DNA of 64,000 nt from Anaerolineales bacterium (GCA_036846365.1 DAIUCC010000008.1:12922-76921), one strand, 5' to 3'. Shown: positions 29,505-39,888, counted from the stretch's first letter. Notes: generated by a model from the sequence alone, not told the origin. A program made the numbers and translations.

Positions 29505-30182
29505 ATGCGAAAAAGGATTTGGAAAGCATTGGGGCTTCTCACCCGAGCCTTTGTCCGCTTCAGCCTGACCCTCGGCCTGCTCAGCCTCATTGGTCTGCTT
29601 CTCCCGCGCCTGGTGACCGCCGTCTATGCCGCCGCCCGCGTCCTGCCCGTGGAGGCGGTCCCCGCCGAGCGGGTGGCCATCGTCTTCGGTGCGGGGCTGA
29701 CGCGCAGCGGCACTCCCACCGCCGTGCTGCGTGACCGCGTGGAGACCGCCGCGCAGTTATATTTGAGCGGCAAGACCGAGAAGTTGCTGATGAGCGGCGA
29801 CAATCGTTTTGTGGAGTACAACGAACCCGAGGCCATGCGCCAGTACGCCATCAGCCTGGGCGTGCCCGACGAGGACATCGTGCTTGATTACGCCGGCCGC
29901 CGCACCTACGACACCTGCTACCGCGCCAAGGCCATCTTCGGCGTGGACCGCGCCATCCTGGTCACCCAGGACTTTCACCTGCCGCGCGCGCTCTACCTGT
30001 GTAACGCGCTGGGCGTGGAGGCCGTGGGCGTGAAAGCCGACAACATCTACTACCGAAAACTCTCGCGCGCCTACTGGCAGGTCCGCGAATTATTCGCCAC
30101 CTTCGGCGCCGTTGTGGATGTACAATTTGCCAAACCCCTGCCCGTCCTCGGCGACCCCGAGCCCATCTTTGCGAAGAAATGA
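29505..30182 (+). CDS. SanA/YdcF (DUF218) family membrane protein
   Basis: TM then DUF218 core AIVFGAGL...GDNRFVEYNEPEAMRQYAISLGV. Confidence 0.7.
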   Translation: MRKRIWKALGLLTRAFVRFSLTLGLLSLIGLLLPRLVTAVYAAARVLPVEAVPAERVAIVFGAGLTRSGTPTAVLRDRVETAAQLYLSGKTEKLLMSGDNRFVEYNEPEAMRQYAISLGVPDEDIVLDYAGRRTYDTCYRAKAIFGVDRAILVTQDFHLPRALYLCNALGVEAVGVKADNIYYRKLSRAYWQVRELFATFGAVVDVQFAKPLPVLGDPEPIFAKK

Positions 30183-30197
30183 TCGAGAGGAGACTCC

Positions 30198-30770
30198 ATG
30201 ACCCGCGACGAAGCCCTTACCCTGGTCCGCGAATACGTGAAAAGTGAAAGCCTGGTGCGCCACATGCTCTCGGTGGAGGCGGCCATGCGCTTCTACGCTG
30301 AGAAGTTCGGCGAGGATGTGGAGACCTGGGGCCTGCTCGGCCTGATCCACGATTTCGACTGGGAGATCCACCCGACGCTGGAGGAGCACCCGACGGCGGG
30401 CGCGCCCATGCTGCGCGAGCGCGGTGTGCCCGAGGACCTCATTCAGGATATCCTCAGCCATGCCGACCACACCGGCGTGCCGCGCGACACGCTGCGCCGC
30501 AAGGCCCTCTATGCCTGCGACGAGATCACGGGTTTCGTCACCGCCGTGGCACTGGTGCGTCCCTCGCGCTCGCTGTACGACCTGGAACCCAGCTCGGTCA
30601 AGAAGAAATGGAAGGACAAGGCTTTCGCCGCGGGCGCCGAGCGCGCCAACATCGAAGCCGCCACCCAAGAGTTCGGCATCGACCAGTGGGAACACGTCGG
30701 CAACGTCATCGCCGCCATGCGGCGCATCGCCCCCGAGTTGGGGCTGGTGGGAAATATTCCCGCGCCGTGA
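30198..30770 (+). CDS. HD-domain (HDIG-type) phosphohydrolase
   Basis: H..HDFDWE and HADH motifs; GAGAGGAG RBS. Confidence 0.8.
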   Translation: MTRDEALTLVREYVKSESLVRHMLSVEAAMRFYAEKFGEDVETWGLLGLIHDFDWEIHPTLEEHPTAGAPMLRERGVPEDLIQDILSHADHTGVPRDTLRRKALYACDEITGFVTAVALVRPSRSLYDLEPSSVKKKWKDKAFAAGAERANIEAATQEFGIDQWEHVGNVIAAMRRIAPELGLVGNIPAP

Positions 30771-30787
30771 TCCAGACAACCATATTC

Positions 30788-30820
30788 ATCTCCCGCAGTT
30801 GAACTGCGGGAGATTTTTTT
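30788..30820 (+). terminator. terminator
   Basis: atctcccgcagtt-gaactgcgggagat + ttttttt. Confidence 0.65.
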
Positions 30821-30995
30821 AACGGGACCCGGCTCAGGTCCAGACCATTAGGCTATTCCCCACCGGGAAAATTGGTGCTATCCTTGCCGCCATGTTCACT
30901 TCACGATGACTTTCCGGGGGACGGTTCGCAACTCCCCAATTCTGACATCGTAGATATGATAGTGCACCCAGAGCAAAATGCACAAAGGAGGCAGA

Positions 30996-33005
30996 ATGTC
31001 TTTTCTGGGTATTCCGTTTTTAGCTTGGGCTTGTCTGGTTGTCCCAGGCGCGATCCTGGTCCTGTTTTTCCTATCCGGGATTCGTTTCATCCCGAACAAC
31101 CGCATCGGTATCGTGGAAAAGCGCTTCAGCGGCAAGGGCTCGGTAAAATCGGGCCTGATCGCGCTGAACGGCGAAGCCGGCTTCCAGCCCAAGGTGCTGC
31201 GCGGCGGTCTGCATTATCTGATGCCGATCCAGTACGTGGTCCACGCCATGCCGCTCATCACCATCTCGCAGGGCAAGATCGGCTACGTGTTCGCCCGTGA
31301 CGGCAAGCCGTTGGAGCCGACCCAAACCCTGGCGAGCAACGTGACCGCTCATGATTTTCAGGATGTGGAATCCTTCCTGAAGAACGGCGGTCAGCGCGGA
31401 CCCCAGCGCCTGATCCTGCGTGAAGGTACCTACGCCTTCAACTTGGTCCAGTTCGTGGTCATCACCGAAGGCCGCATCTACACCCTGCCGCTCAGCCGTG
31501 AAGAGAACGAGACCATCCAGAAGATGGCCGAGGTCATCAACGAGCGCAAAGGCTTCCGTCCGGTCATCATCAAGGACACCGATGACCTGGTCGGCATCGT
31601 AACCGTACACGACGGCCCGTCGCTGCGCCAGGGCGAGATCATCGCCCCCACCGTCGGCGACGACCCCGCCGTGGCCGATACCTATCACAACAAATTCCAG
31701 GATTCGGACCGCTTCTTGAAGGCGGGCGGCTTCCGCGGACGTCAGTTGCAGGTGCTGGTCGAAGGCACGTATTACGTCAACCGCTTGTTCGCCACAGTCG
31801 AAATGATCCAGAAGACGATCATCGAGGTGGGCAGTGTGGGCGTGGTGGTATCCTACACAGGTGAGACCGGCACAGACCTGTCTGGCATGGAATATCGCCA
31901 CGGAGAGCTCGTCTCGACCGGCAATCGTGGTGTGTGGAGCGAGCCGCTCCTGCCCGGCAAATATGCCTTCAACACGTATGCCGGCAAGGTCGCCATCGTC
32001 CCGACCACCAACTTCATCCTGAAGTGGATTCGCAACCAAATCGGCGCTCATAAGTTTGACGAGAACTTGAGCGAGGTCTCGCTGATTACCAAGGACGCCT
32101 TCGAGCCGTCACTGCCCCTTTCGGTGGTGGTTCACATCGACTACAAGAAGGCCCCGCTGGTCATCCAACGCTTCGGCGACATCAAGAAGCTAGTCGAGCA
32201 GACCCTCGACCCGATGGTCTCAGCGTATTTCAAAAACGTCGGGCAGACCCGCACGTTGATCCAACTCCTGCAAGATCGCTCGGCCATTCAACAGCAGGCC
32301 AGCGTGGAAATGAAGGAGAAGTTTGCTCACTACAACCTGGAACTGGAAGAGGTTCTGATCGGTACGCCCTCTTCGGCGGAAGGCGACACGCAGATCGAGA
32401 CCATCCTGATGCAATTGCGCTCGCGTCAGGTGGCCGTCGAACAAGTGGAAACCTATAATCAGCAGGAGAAGGCTGCCGTCAAGGAACGCGAACTGCGCGA
32501 GGCCCAGTCCCGGGCCCAGATGCAGACCAAGATGACGGAAGCCGAACTAAGCATCAACATCCAGAGCAACCAGGGTAAGGCCGAGTATCAGCGCTCCATT
32601 CAGCAGGCGGCCCAGATCCGCGCGCTGGCCGAGGCCGAAGCGGAAAAGATCGCCCGCATCGGTATCGCCAACGCCCTGGCCACCGAGGAACAGGTCCGCG
32701 CGTATGGCGGCCCGCAGTTCCAGGTGACCCAGCAGGTGCTCCAGCGCTTCGCGGATGCCATCCAGCAGTCGGGCGTGGACATCGTGCCGCGCATCCTGAT
32801 CAAGGGCAAGAGCGAAGGCGAAGACAGCGGCACCGGCAGCGTGATCGAAGGCCTGATGGCGATGCTGCTCTCCGAGAAGATGGGCGTGGCCGTGAACGAA
32901 CAGGCCCCGCGCTCCCCCGAGATCGAGGCCCTGCGCCAGCAGATCCGCGAGAGCATGAGCAAACCCACAGATGGCTCTGCACCCAAGCCTGCAGAGAAGA
33001 AGTAA
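30996..33005 (+). CDS. flotillin-like SPFH/Band-7 protein
   Basis: N-terminal TM, SPFH domain, long Ala/Glu/Gln-rich coiled-coil (EAEAEKIARIGIANALATEEQ) typical of flotillins. Confidence 0.8.
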   Translation: MSFLGIPFLAWACLVVPGAILVLFFLSGIRFIPNNRIGIVEKRFSGKGSVKSGLIALNGEAGFQPKVLRGGLHYLMPIQYVVHAMPLITISQGKIGYVFARDGKPLEPTQTLASNVTAHDFQDVESFLKNGGQRGPQRLILREGTYAFNLVQFVVITEGRIYTLPLSREENETIQKMAEVINERKGFRPVIIKDTDDLVGIVTVHDGPSLRQGEIIAPTVGDDPAVADTYHNKFQDSDRFLKAGGFRGRQLQVLVEGTYYVNRLFATVEMIQKTIIEVGSVGVVVSYTGETGTDLSGMEYRHGELVSTGNRGVWSEPLLPGKYAFNTYAGKVAIVPTTNFILKWIRNQIGAHKFDENLSEVSLITKDAFEPSLPLSVVVHIDYKKAPLVIQRFGDIKKLVEQTLDPMVSAYFKNVGQTRTLIQLLQDRSAIQQQASVEMKEKFAHYNLELEEVLIGTPSSAEGDTQIETILMQLRSRQVAVEQVETYNQQEKAAVKERELREAQSRAQMQTKMTEAELSINIQSNQGKAEYQRSIQQAAQIRALAEAEAEKIARIGIANALATEEQVRAYGGPQFQVTQQVLQRFADAIQQSGVDIVPRILIKGKSEGEDSGTGSVIEGLMAMLLSEKMGVAVNEQAPRSPEIEALRQQIRESMSKPTDGSAPKPAEKK

Positions 33006-33071
33006 ACGCTCTCAAGAGACCTCCGAGTTTCGGAGGTCTCTTCTTTTCCCTGCTTATGCTATACTGCGGAC

Positions 33072-33476
33072 ATGGCAACCAAAAATGTATTTCTCAACTG
33101 GGACCCCGAAGAGAGTTTCATTCTCAAGGACAACGACGATCATCGCATCGTCATGAAGAAACCGAAGGGCGTGAGCGCTTCCGACCTGCTGCCGATGTCG
33201 CTGATCGGCTGCGCCTCGCACGATGTGGTGGAGATTCTGACCAAGCAGCGCCAGGATTTGCAGCAGCTCAGGGTTAGCGCCGAAGCCACCCAGGACGACG
33301 ACCCGCCCTGGCGCTTCCGCAAGATCCACATCCATTACCAGGCCGTCGGCAAAGGTATCGACCCCGAGAAACTGAGCAAGGCCATCCTGTTGAGCGAAGA
33401 GAAGTATTGTTCCGTCTACGCCACTTTGAAGGACGCCATCGAAATCACGCACGATTCGGAAGTGGTGGAGGCGTAG
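33072..33476 (+). CDS. OsmC/Ohr family peroxiredoxin-like protein
   Basis: GCASHDVVEIL and KYCSVYATL Cys motifs. Confidence 0.85.
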   Translation: MATKNVFLNWDPEESFILKDNDDHRIVMKKPKGVSASDLLPMSLIGCASHDVVEILTKQRQDLQQLRVSAEATQDDDPPWRFRKIHIHYQAVGKGIDPEKLSKAILLSEEKYCSVYATLKDAIEITHDSEVVEA

Positions 33477-33493
33477 CTCTGCCTGCAATATCA

Positions 33494-33525
33494 AGACGCT
33501 GACCGGACCGGTCAGCGTCTTTTTG
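33494..33525 (+). terminator. terminator
   Basis: agacgctgaccgg-accggtcagcgtct + ttttg. Confidence 0.65.
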
Positions 33526-33563
33526 TATCCATTGTGTATAATCCCCGTTCGGAGGAACGTCCC

Positions 33564-34412
33564 ATGTTGAACAAGAGAATCGCATTTATCGGTCCCGGCG
33601 TGATGGCCGAGGCCATGATCGCCGGGTTGTTGAACCAGAAATTGTCCAAACCCCAAAACCTGACCGCCTCGGGTCCACGCGCGGAACGCGGCGAGGAATT
33701 ACGCAAGAAGTACGGCATCCACGTTACCACCGATAACGCTGCCGCCGTCCAGGAAGCGGACGTGGTGGTGCTGTCAGTCAAGCCACAGCGACTGACGGAG
33801 GTGATGAAGGGTCTGAAAGGGATTCGCCCGGATGCGCTGGTGCTATCGATCATCGCAGGCGCCAGCATGAAGAAGATCAGCGCGGGGCTGAAACATAAAG
33901 CCATCGTGCGGTCCATGCCGAATACGCCGGGGCAGATCGGCGAAGGCATCACGGTCTGGGCCGCCTCGAAGGAAGTCAGCGAGGAGCAACGCGGATTGGC
34001 ACAAACCATCCTCGGGGCGCTGGGGGCGGAGGTGTACGTCGAGGACGAGAGTTACCTCGATATGGCGACCGCGCTCTCGGGATCGGGCCCTGCGTACGTG
34101 TTCCTCTTCACCGAGGCGCTGATCGACGCGGGCGTCCACATGGGATTCCCGCGCCGCATCGCCGAGCAGCTCGTGCTGCAAACCATCAAAGGCTCGGCCG
34201 ATTTCTACGAGCAGGCAGGACGTCATCCGGCCACGCTGCGCAACCAGGTCACCTCGCCGGGCGGCACGTCGGCAGAGGCGTTGTATTACCTCGAAAAGGC
34301 AGGTTTCCGCACCGCCATCTCGCGCGCGGTGTGGGCAGCTTATCAACGCTCGCTGGAGTTGGGCAAGGAAAAGCCCGGGCACGGACCCGACGGTCACGCG
34401 GAGGAAGAATGA
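33564..34412 (+). CDS. proC: pyrroline-5-carboxylate reductase
   Basis: RIAFIGPGVMAEAMIAGL Rossmann; SPGGTSAEAL C-terminal signature. Confidence 0.9.
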   Translation: MLNKRIAFIGPGVMAEAMIAGLLNQKLSKPQNLTASGPRAERGEELRKKYGIHVTTDNAAAVQEADVVVLSVKPQRLTEVMKGLKGIRPDALVLSIIAGASMKKISAGLKHKAIVRSMPNTPGQIGEGITVWAASKEVSEEQRGLAQTILGALGAEVYVEDESYLDMATALSGSGPAYVFLFTEALIDAGVHMGFPRRIAEQLVLQTIKGSADFYEQAGRHPATLRNQVTSPGGTSAEALYYLEKAGFRTAISRAVWAAYQRSLELGKEKPGHGPDGHAEEE

Positions 34413-34948
34413 AGCCACCGACCCTGATCGAAACCGAGCGCCTGTTGCTGCGCGTCCCGCGGCTGGAGGATGCTCCCGCCGTCTTCGAAGGTTGGGCTCG
34501 TCACCCTGAGGTGACCCGCTTTCTGACCTGGCGCGCGCACACGAGCGTGACCCAGAGCGAAGAACTGTTGCGCAAGTCCATCGAAGCCTGGAATGGGGAT
34601 ACCAAGTTCCGCTATCTGATGGAGATCAAAGGAAGCGGCGAACTGGCAGGGATGATCGAGTTACGGCTGGAGGCAGAGACCTTCAAGGTGAGTTTTGGCT
34701 ACACCGGAGCGCGTGCTCAATGGGGCAAGGGATACATGACCGAGGCGGCACGTGCCCTGATCGACTGGTCCTTCCAACAACCGGGCATCTATCGCGTCTA
34801 TGCCACCGCCGACGTGGAGAATATCCCGTCGCAGCGGGTGCTGGAGAAGGCAGGCATGCAGCGCGAAGGATTGTTGCGACGCGAAGCCATGCATCCCAAC
34901 TCCAGTCCCGAGCCGCGCGACTGTTACCTGTACGCGATCGTGAGATAA
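34409..34948 (+). CDS. GNAT N-acetyltransferase (RimJ/RimL-like)
   Basis: TERLLLR start typical of RimJ/L family; ATGA overlap with proC stop. Confidence 0.8.
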   Translation: MKPPTLIETERLLLRVPRLEDAPAVFEGWARHPEVTRFLTWRAHTSVTQSEELLRKSIEAWNGDTKFRYLMEIKGSGELAGMIELRLEAETFKVSFGYTGARAQWGKGYMTEAARALIDWSFQQPGIYRVYATADVENIPSQRVLEKAGMQREGLLRREAMHPNSSPEPRDCYLYAIVR

Positions 34949-35027
34949 ACTGCAGGGAGACCTTCATCCATTTTCGAACAAGTAGGCGTAATCGCTCAAT
35001 CCGCAAAAGGATTCCACCGCTGCCCGA

Positions 35028-35396
35028 TCAAAACAGATAGGCTGCCATCGCAGAGACGATGATCAGAAAGATCCCGCTCAACACGCCCAGGATTACGGTG
35101 CTTACAGAACTGCTGGTATCGATGATGAATCTGGCCTGCTCACTGCGGCTCATTCCACGGAAACTTTCCGCGTGGAACTGCTGAAAAACATTCCAACCCT
35201 GACCAGCGTTATAGCGGGACGACGCCCCGGCAATGATCAACAAGCAGCCCGCCAGGAAGAACGCATTGCTATATGCATACTGCCCATCCCATTTGTTGAC
35301 GTAACCGATTACGCCGACGATGGCTCCGACCACAGCCGCGAGCAAGGCGGCTTTCGCACACATCTTGAGGAGTGCTTGGGCGACCATTCGGTCCAT
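35028..35396 (-). CDS. small membrane protein, hypothetical
   Basis: 3 predicted TM segments; no motif. Confidence 0.45.
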   Translation of the reverse strand: MDRMVAQALLKMCAKAALLAAVVGAIVGVIGYVNKWDGQYAYSNAFFLAGCLLIIAGASSRYNAGQGWNVFQQFHAESFRGMSRSEQARFIIDTSSSVSTVILGVLSGIFLIIVSAMAAYLF

Positions 35397-35712
35397 GTTA
35401 ACTCCATCAACTCTTTTCGAATAATCCAGATCGCCTCCCTCCTGCCGACATTAAGTGTAGGCCAAATCCAGCCGAATTTCAACTCCCTCGATGTCTCCCC
35501 ACTTAGCCGTCGAACCTATTGGGGCGGGTATTTGCGCATTTGATGGTACACGGGATAAGGGCGCTGATCTCGCATGTCCCGTTGTCGTCACTCAACATTG
35601 CACCAGCTGACGAGGTGAGGATTCCTGACTGGAGAGGGGAACCTTGTGTCATTTGTCTCCTGCGTAGGATATGGGTTTCGGAAAACGAATCGATCCGAGA
35701 ATTCTTTTTCAA

Positions 35713-36492
35713 TCAGGTGGTTGCGATCAAGTAGCGAAAGTTATTGGTTAGATAATACCCACCTGAACTTGTCTTGAAAGGCGCGATGACTCGTAAAATG
35801 AGATCCCGCACCACGTCCTCGCCTTTGGCCTGGATCGCCCGTATGGCCGGGCCCGACGACAGCAACCCGCGCAGGGCGGTCTGTTCGTCGGGATAGTTCC
35901 ACGGGCATTCGACCTTCTTCACACCCGTAGGGGTCAGCCCTGCCTTGACGGCGAGGGCCTCCAACGCCCCATCCGCCGAAAGCGCAAATGGACCGGGGGC
36001 ATCCGGTGGCGGCGGGGGCAATAATGAACCCATTGCCTTGATATAGGCCGTGGCCTCGCTTTCTTCCGGCTTCCCAAAGACAGCGATCACCACTGTTCCA
36101 GTCCGCGAAACGCGACTGGCTTCCCGCAGCGCGTGGACGGGGTTGGCGGCGAACTGAAACGAACTAAAGCCCGTGACCACGTCGAAGGTGCGGTCGTCGT
36201 AGGGCAATTCCTCCATTTCGCCCGTGCGGAAATCCCCATCACGCACACGCTCGCGGGCAAATGCCAACAACGGCTCGGACGCATCCAGCCCGCTGACCCG
36301 CGCGCCGCGTCGGGCCGCCATCTCACAAAAGATGCCCGACCCACACCCAATGTCCAACACGGATGTATTCGCGCCCACGGCGGTTTCCTGCAAAACCGCC
36401 TCGAAGAGCGGCACAGCCACGCTTTCCTGCACATCTGCCCAATCTTTGGCCCGCGCGCCCCAAATCTGTCCCTGCACGTTTGCTGTACCCAT
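35713..36492 (-). CDS. class I SAM-dependent methyltransferase
   Basis: Motif I VLDIGCGSG. Confidence 0.8.
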   Translation of the reverse strand: MGTANVQGQIWGARAKDWADVQESVAVPLFEAVLQETAVGANTSVLDIGCGSGIFCEMAARRGARVSGLDASEPLLAFARERVRDGDFRTGEMEELPYDDRTFDVVTGFSSFQFAANPVHALREASRVSRTGTVVIAVFGKPEESEATAYIKAMGSLLPPPPPDAPGPFALSADGALEALAVKAGLTPTGVKKVECPWNYPDEQTALRGLLSSGPAIRAIQAKGEDVVRDLILRVIAPFKTSSGGYYLTNNFRYLIATT

Positions 36493-36553
36493 AAAATTTC
36501 TCCTTTTAAAACCAATATTTTTGTTCCATGGCTCAATTATGATTCAAAGTCAT

Positions 36554-37147
36554 CTACAGTCGCTTTCGGCGATGCCGCAGAAACAAGATCAATCCTGGAA
36601 CGGCGAGAACAACCAGACTCAACCATAAAAAATCATATGTTCCATCGGGACCTCTTGGTTCTTGTCCAGTGAAACCTTTGACGCTGGCTACGACATCATC
36701 TTGAACATCGAACCAGGTTCGGATTTGCAAGGGTCCTGCCGAGAATGGGTCTCCATTGACAAAGAATATGGCGCGGGAACCTTCGCTAAAGGCAAAATTG
36801 GGTGCACAGACCCAAAAATATCCTGAAATCTTAACTATCTTGGGACCGCGTCCCTTCAAGTATCGCTCAACTTGCACAGTGAGGATGCTGTTCCCGTCAG
36901 AATCAGGAACCCAAGTCTTCACGGTTCCTTCAAGCACGATTTGCGCGTCCTGAATGACACCAGCAACTTGCGTTCCAACTGGGATTGGAGTGGGCGGCAC
37001 ATAACCGGGCGGGACCAGGGTCGGCTCACAAGCCAGTGCTGACCGAGGTGCGGATCCAAAGACAAGCATGAGCGCCAGAAGGATGGTACCCAAAAAACAA
37101 TACGCGATGAGGTAAGTCTTGGATCTCATAATGGATTTGGCATTCAC
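36554..37147 (-). CDS. hypothetical secreted protein with C-terminal TM anchor (island gene)
   Basis: Signal peptide, C-terminal hydrophobic stretch + RHRRKRL. Confidence 0.45.
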   Translation of the reverse strand: MNAKSIMRSKTYLIAYCFLGTILLALMLVFGSAPRSALACEPTLVPPGYVPPTPIPVGTQVAGVIQDAQIVLEGTVKTWVPDSDGNSILTVQVERYLKGRGPKIVKISGYFWVCAPNFAFSEGSRAIFFVNGDPFSAGPLQIRTWFDVQDDVVASVKGFTGQEPRGPDGTYDFLWLSLVVLAVPGLILFLRHRRKRL

Positions 37148-37209
37148 TCCGTAAGCGCAGCAAGGATGGGACGTACGTTTTGTCGGGCAACGACATATGA
37201 GTGTGCTGG

Positions 37210-37770
37210 TTATTTGCGTTGCAGCTCGTAATTAAGAACAACAATCCCGCAGTCAAAAGATGTGGATTTCACCAATACCAGATTTTGTCTGCTGTCCAGT
37301 TCTTTGAAAATTGACATTCCATTACCAATCGCAACTGGATTGATAAACAGATGAAACTCATCGATCAATCCGTGCTTGATGAGAACCGATACAAATGCCA
37401 CGCCACCATAAGCAATGATGTCTTTACCGTCTTGTTTTTTTAGTCTTGCGATTTCTTCAACCAGGTCGCCTTTTGCCAAAACAGTATGATCCCATTCTGA
37501 CTTCTCAAGCGTTTTGGTAAAAATAATTTTTTTCGTGCTATTGAATTTATCAGCGCCTTCTTGTTCTGGATGAGAAGCCCAATATGGGATAAAACCTTGA
37601 GCAAGTTTCCGCCCAAGAAGGATGCAGTCAACTGGCTCCATTATTTCTCCCACATGTTTTTTAAGATTATCGTCCCAATCTTGCGCCGTCCAATCCATTT
37701 CCCCGTTCTTTCCTGCAATGTAACCATCAACAGTCATCTGGACTTGGAGTTTTAGTTTTCTCATTATCAT
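37210..37770 (-). CDS. dihydrofolate reductase-like (RibD C-terminal domain) family protein, cassette-like
   Basis: LQVQMTVDGYIAG...ILLGRKL...AYGGVAFVSVLI pattern of RibD_C/DHFR-like family; AT-rich. Confidence 0.7.
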   Translation of the reverse strand: MIMRKLKLQVQMTVDGYIAGKNGEMDWTAQDWDDNLKKHVGEIMEPVDCILLGRKLAQGFIPYWASHPEQEGADKFNSTKKIIFTKTLEKSEWDHTVLAKGDLVEEIARLKKQDGKDIIAYGGVAFVSVLIKHGLIDEFHLFINPVAIGNGMSIFKELDSRQNLVLVKSTSFDCGIVVLNYELQRK

Positions 37771-37799
37771 TTTCCTTTTGTAAAATTATTTTACTTTTA

Positions 37800-37914
37800 A
37801 GTTATTTTTGCGAAGCCTTTTAATCTCAAAAAGGCCGAGGTTTAAAAACACTGTATATAATGGCGCCGATTGGACGTCGTCCATGACAAGCGTCCAGTGC
37901 ACGCTGTGTTGAGC
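37800..37914 (-). repeat. degenerate attC-like repeat (only R''/L'' half conserved)
   Basis: plus strand ...gtgcacgctgtgttgagc (GTTGAGC = GTTRRRY) matches conserved end of the other copies; other half diverged. Confidence 0.4.
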
Positions 37915-37942
37915 GGTTTGTCCCTACGATGATCGCGCATTC

Positions 37943-38743
37943 TCACTCTGTGCTTTTACGGGCGATTTGGTCAACGATTCCTGGTGCAATAAGTCTCAGC
38001 CAGAGCCCAAACTTACCTTGTAAAGTCATCACAACTTCTCGTTTGCGCTTTTGAACTGCTTGAATGATCTGATAAGCGCAGGTTTCCACTGGCATCGCTT
38101 CCTTTTCATGCACTGAGATTTGACCGGTTGGATCACCATCCAGTTTGAGCCCTCGGCTGCTAATCCCTGTTCTGACCCACCCTGGGTAGATCATCGTTAC
38201 ACTTACACCCGTATCTATCAATTCAACCCGTAGCGAGTCAAAGAAACCCGCCATCGCATGTTTACTTTCTCCATAGCCATCGGCAGTTGCTGACGGAAAT
38301 TTTCCGCGCAGGCTAGATATACCGACTAACCGTCCCTGTGTCCTTTTCAAATAGGGCAGTGCATAATGTGTGCAATAAACACTCCCGAAAAAGTTAACCT
38401 GTGTCACCTGCTCGAATAGAGCAAGATCTTGCATTTCGTCAAACCTTGACTCTACCCCAAAACCAGCATTGTTGATCAGCGTATCTACCCTTCCATATTC
38501 TGCAACGGTTTCTTCAATGAGGGTTTGGCATTGTGCTTTGATGCCAACATCGGTGGGGATTACGATGACTTTTCCACCCAATTGTGTACATTGCTGCGAA
38601 ACTTCTTCTAGCCGCTCAACATTTCGTGCCCCCAAAGCAAGCCAAGCTCCTTTTCTCGCCAGTTGCAATGCCAATTCCTGCCCGATTCCATAGGATGCTC
38701 CTGTAATAACCACGACATTTTCTCGAAAGGTAGTATCTTTCAC
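37943..38743 (-). CDS. SDR-family oxidoreductase (cassette 5)
   Basis: TGASYGIG, YGESK catalytic motif; GTG start with AGGAG RBS. Confidence 0.85.
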   Translation of the reverse strand: MKDTTFRENVVVITGASYGIGQELALQLARKGAWLALGARNVERLEEVSQQCTQLGGKVIVIPTDVGIKAQCQTLIEETVAEYGRVDTLINNAGFGVESRFDEMQDLALFEQVTQVNFFGSVYCTHYALPYLKRTQGRLVGISSLRGKFPSATADGYGESKHAMAGFFDSLRVELIDTGVSVTMIYPGWVRTGISSRGLKLDGDPTGQISVHEKEAMPVETCAYQIIQAVQKRKREVVMTLQGKFGLWLRLIAPGIVDQIARKSTE

Positions 38744-38763
38744 TTGTTACTCCTATTGTGGCT

Positions 38764-38893
38764 GCCTAACGGTTTGCGTTACTTGCGGGCGGGCAGGACG
38801 TGAACAGCACTCAAAAACGGAATCCTGCCGAGGCATTGAAAACTGCCTGAAATCGCACAGACTCCCACTTGTCGGCTGCACGCTGTGTTGGGC
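38764..38893 (-). repeat. attC-like recombination site (130 bp)
   Basis: plus strand GCCTAAC...GTTGGGC (RYYYAAC ... GTTRRRY), conserved GGTTTGCGTTAC and TGCTGCACGCTGTGTT boxes, internal palindromes; 5 nt after stop of epimerase gene. Confidence 0.7.
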
Positions 38894-38898
38894 CTATT

Positions 38899-39888
38899 CT
38901 AAGCTGATTTCATATACCCATTCTCTTCGAACCAATTTATAGCCTTTCTAATGGTCATCTCGATTGGTGTCTGTGGTAGGCCGAGTTCATTCACTGCCTT
39001 GGAGCAGTCATACCATTCTGTCATTTTGCCGATCCTGACTTCGCTAGCTGTTACAACAGGTGTTTTTTTTGTTATGGAAGCAGCAACTTCGAAGATGTGT
39101 CCTAGCGCAAGTGCTATATGATAAGGTAATTTGACGGCCGGTGGCTTTACGCCAGCAATATCCGCAATAAGCTTTAAATAATCTTGAACCGTGAAGTTCC
39201 TATTTCCCAAAAGATATCTTTCGCCTACTCTGCCCTTTTTTGCAGCAAGGATATGGCCACGGGCCACATCCTCGACATCGACGATATTTATTCCTCCATC
39301 AATATAGCCGGGCATTTTTTGCTTGATGACATCAATAATCATTTGTCCTGATGGCGTTGGCTTTATATCATTCGTACCGATAACAAGAGTAGGATTGACC
39401 ATTACAACTGGCAATCCCCGTGTAACAAAAATTCTTGCCTCATTTTCGGCAATATATTTGGACATGGAATAGTGATCGCCGGATTCCCAATAATTAAAAG
39501 CCTTCTCTTCATTAGCAGGCACAGAACCACTCGCAGCAATTGCATTGTTGGTGCTGGTGTAGATGACTTTCTCCACTCCAACTTCAAGAGCTGCTTGGAG
39601 GGAAGCCTTCGTACCGCCGACATTGATATCATAGAGTAATTTGGGATCCGGGGCCCAGTGAGCAAAATATGCAGCCGTGAAATAGAGTGTGTCACAACCG
39701 CTAAGAGCCCTTTTCATAGAATCGCCATCGCGAATATCTCCATATACTCTCTCAACATCGAGCTTGTCGATGTTGAGCGTATCACTGGTTTTTCTGATTA
39801 AGACCTTTACCTCTTCCCCATTTTTGATTAGTTCTCTCGTGATTGCTGAGCCTATAAATCCTGTTGAGCCAGTAACAAGTTTCTTCAT
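38899..39888 (-). CDS. NAD-dependent epimerase/dehydratase family protein (cassette 4)
   Basis: KKLVTGSTGFIGS Rossmann; YSMSKY catalytic YxxxK; GAGG RBS before ATG 39888. Confidence 0.85.
   Translation of the reverse strand: MKKLVTGSTGFIGSAITRELIKNGEEVKVLIRKTSDTLNIDKLDVERVYGDIRDGDSMKRALSGCDTLYFTAAYFAHWAPDPKLLYDINVGGTKASLQAALEVGVEKVIYTSTNNAIAASGSVPANEEKAFNYWESGDHYSMSKYIAENEARIFVTRGLPVVMVNPTLVIGTNDIKPTPSGQMIIDVIKQKMPGYIDGGINIVDVEDVARGHILAAKKGRVGERYLLGNRNFTVQDYLKLIADIAGVKPPAVKLPYHIALALGHIFEVAASITKKTPVVTASEVRIGKMTEWYDCSKAVNELGLPQTPIEMTIRKAINWFEENGYMKSA

Noticed and set aside
35400-35712. ~310-bp moderately AT-rich intergenic region with two small overlapping ORFs (35503-35712 minus, 35519-35734 plus)
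   Set aside because: No RBS, no motifs, ORFs overlap each other on opposite strands. I could not identify a convincing RNA structure. Left as unexplained spacer, possibly a gene remnant.
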